Shown here in pieces: positions 24,778 through 26,465 of a stretch of 26,465 bases of DNA. The number at the start of each line of letters is the position of its first letter. Positions within the stretch are counted from its first letter, which is position 1. The notes below the pieces were generated by a model, which was not told where the DNA came from, did no database searches, and saw only the letters and a list, made by a program, of their open reading frames with translations. The position numbers and the translations under genes were made by a program. The stretch comes from a virus (taxonomy: Duplodnaviria > Caudoviricetes). The stretch lies in IMG/VR virus record IMGVR_UViG_3300017902_000417, positions 1-26,465 of that record; one strand, 5' to 3'.

Positions 24778-25563
24778 CTAGACGTAAGTAATTCGTACGA
24801 CACCAGAGCCGCCTTGACCGCCCTGTCCGCAACAACGACCACAGTATGTAGTCATAGCACCTTGGCCACCAGTTGCATAAGGAGCAGTCCAACAACCGCA
24901 ACGTGACCAACACTGTTCCATTTGAGTTTCAACTTGGTTTGTTGATAAGAATGGAGCACCTGATGATTCTCCACTTGCAACCGCACCAGTACAGTGACAG
25001 TTCCAGTGACCTGACCAACCCTTTTGGTGAGGAGACATTGCAAAATCTCCACCCCATGTTCCAGGCGATACACAGCAGAAAGTTCTAGAACTACATCTTC
25101 TAGACCAGTCTGGGTTTGCACAACCTCTTGCACCACCTTGAGCACAGAAGTTACTTAAGTTGTGACCGTTAACGTATGAAGAACATCCATTACATCCATT
25201 ACACTCTCTTGAACAACAACGATAAACTCCACCAGCACATACACGATACTGACAACCAGGCGTTGTGCTGATTGTTTTAGTATTGTATGTTCCCCCAGCA
25301 GCAGATTGATAGTGCTGACATCTATTACATGAACAATGTCCGTGTCCATTACCGCCTGCACCCCATAATTCAAATGTTAGTTTCTCTACACCTGATGGAA
25401 CTGTCCAGAGGCAACAACATCCAGGCGTACAATAGCATGGATGGCCGTAGAACATCTTCACGCAATATCGTGGAGCCACACCAGCTTCTAACTTATCAGG
25501 GTGAATGTTCCCTGAGAGAATCTGGTCTGAATGTATTTTTCTGTATGATCTATATGAGGCCAT
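24778..25563 (-). CDS. Cys/Gly-rich tail-tip-like protein, paralog 1 (29 Cys in 261 aa)
   Basis: Same architecture: MASYRSYRKI, PGCCCLW.VPSGV, WGAGGNG, YCGRCCGQGGQGGSGVVRITY. Confidence 0.8.
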   Translation of the reverse strand: MASYRSYRKIHSDQILSGNIHPDKLEAGVAPRYCVKMFYGHPCYCTPGCCCLWTVPSGVEKLTFELWGAGGNGHGHCSCNRCQHYQSAAGGTYNTKTISTTPGCQYRVCAGGVYRCCSRECNGCNGCSSYVNGHNLSNFCAQGGARGCANPDWSRRCSSRTFCCVSPGTWGGDFAMSPHQKGWSGHWNCHCTGAVASGESSGAPFLSTNQVETQMEQCWSRCGCWTAPYATGGQGAMTTYCGRCCGQGGQGGSGVVRITYV

Positions 25564-25616
25564 TTATGATCCTAAAATTTGCGTTGTAAAAATATCATTA
25601 TGTAAAGGATCTCAAA

Positions 25617-26465
25617 TTAGATGGAGAAGATTCTCCAACCGTATGTTGAACCAGAATAGCAAAGACTAAATGCAGCACCTTCAGTGTTAACTGTTAAGTT
25701 AGCATTGTCACCTTGGATTGGTCTACCATTCCTTGAAACGACTAGTGCGTTAGAGTCAAATGTCTTACCAACATCATAGAATGTAATTGTTGCACCTAAG
25801 TCAGGAGATGCAGGGAGTGTTGCAGTAACCTGTCCACCACCAGTGTTAACGAAGTATACAAGTCCAGATGCAGCACTGAAACTGGAACTAACTGTACTGT
25901 ATTCTTGAACACCTGGCTGAATCCATAGTGAACCGTTGTAGTACTCAAGAGCACCAATGGTTGAGTTGAATCTTAAACAACCTGTGTTGAACTCTTCGTC
26001 AACACCGCCAGGTCTTTGAGCAGTTGTACCTACAGGAGGTGTCATTGCCTTAGTACCCATCTTCGCACGAGTTAAGAAACCTCTAACCGCAAATTCAGTA
26101 GGACAAGCAGTGTTTGAGTTACCAGCGAGTGACTCATCAGAGGAGAACTCGTTGATCGCCTCACCGACCTGACCACCAATCGCACCAAGTCTCAATTCTG
26201 TCAAACCAGAAAGGTTGAACGCAGAAGCATCCAATGTAGCACGACCAGTCAACTGGTCAACGGAGAAGAAGTCTCCAACTCTGAAGTTACCACCTTGGTC
26301 GGTAGATACGAAGAACACCTTACCAGGCCCGAATACGTTAGTTTCTTGACCTTGGATAACGTTCGCCAAGTTGACGTTTGGATATCCAGTTTCGGTCTTG
26401 TTACCAGTACCAACTGCGAGGAAGTCATGTCCTGTTAGTCTTGCCTGTGAGAACAGTGTTCTGAT
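25617..26465 (-). CDS. C-terminal part of a large virion structural protein (tail fibre/baseplate), 5'-truncated
   Basis: The frame is open to the window edge (IRTLFSQARLTGHDFLAVGTG...). Contains GKVFFVSTDQGGNFRVGDFF, PVGTTAQRP...LRFNSTIGALEYYNG and a C-terminal YFVNT...TLPASP..G..ITFYD...GW module typical of T4-like fibre/baseplate proteins. Confidence 0.8.
   Translation of the reverse strand: MRTLFSQARLTGHDFLAVGTGNKTETGYPNVNLANVIQGQETNVFGPGKVFFVSTDQGGNFRVGDFFSVDQLTGRATLDASAFNLSGLTELRLGAIGGQVGEAINEFSSDESLAGNSNTACPTEFAVRGFLTRAKMGTKAMTPPVGTTAQRPGGVDEEFNTGCLRFNSTIGALEYYNGSLWIQPGVQEYSTVSSSFSAASGLVYFVNTGGGQVTATLPASPDLGATITFYDVGKTFDSNALVVSRNGRPIQGDNANLTVNTEGAAFSLCYSGSTYGWRIFSI

Noticed and set aside
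23177-25563. Possible diversity-generating retroelement or CRISPR-like repeats
   Set aside because: There is no reverse transcriptase, no adenine-specific template/variable repeat pair and no regularly spaced repeats. The similarity is explained by paralogy.
25568-25611. GATCCT/AGGATC inverted repeat that could sequester the Shine-Dalgarno of the first Cys-rich gene
   Set aside because: Only 6 bp with a 32-nt loop, too weak to distinguish from chance.
1-26465. tRNA, rRNA, introns or inteins (e.g. in g17 or g20)
   Set aside because: Intergenic gaps are too short for RNA genes, and g17 has normal length with uninterrupted motifs.

Overview
This window is a segment of a T4-like myophage genome, most likely a marine cyanophage judging by gene content and NATAAATA/CTAAATA late promoters. 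Almost everything is on the minus strand. The left part (1-11578) is the conserved morphogenesis block g13-g14-g15-g16-(two small ORFs)-g17-(Zn-finger ORF)-g18-g19-g20 (truncated). The middle (11616-22179) is a dense cassette of about 14 genes, mostly enzymes: a near-complete ADP-heptose pathway (split HldE kinase and nucleotidyltransferase, HAD phosphatase, HldD epimerase, cupin), a GT9-like glycosyltransferase, a NodU-family carbamoyltransferase, a flavin-dependent halogenase, an NPPx methyltransferase and four 2OG-Fe(II)-type oxygenases. The right part (22247-26465) holds a tail-assembly-chaperone-like gene, a hidden 34-aa four-Cys microprotein, three tandem paralogous Cys/Gly-rich (28-30 Cys) tail-tip-like proteins and the 3' end of a large fibre/baseplate structural gene. 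The leading hypothesis, which is inference, is a phage-encoded system that post-translationally decorates (heptosylates, halogenates, hydroxylates, carbamoylates, methylates) its own Cys-rich tail proteins or another surface acceptor. All family assignments come from motif recognition, not database searches.
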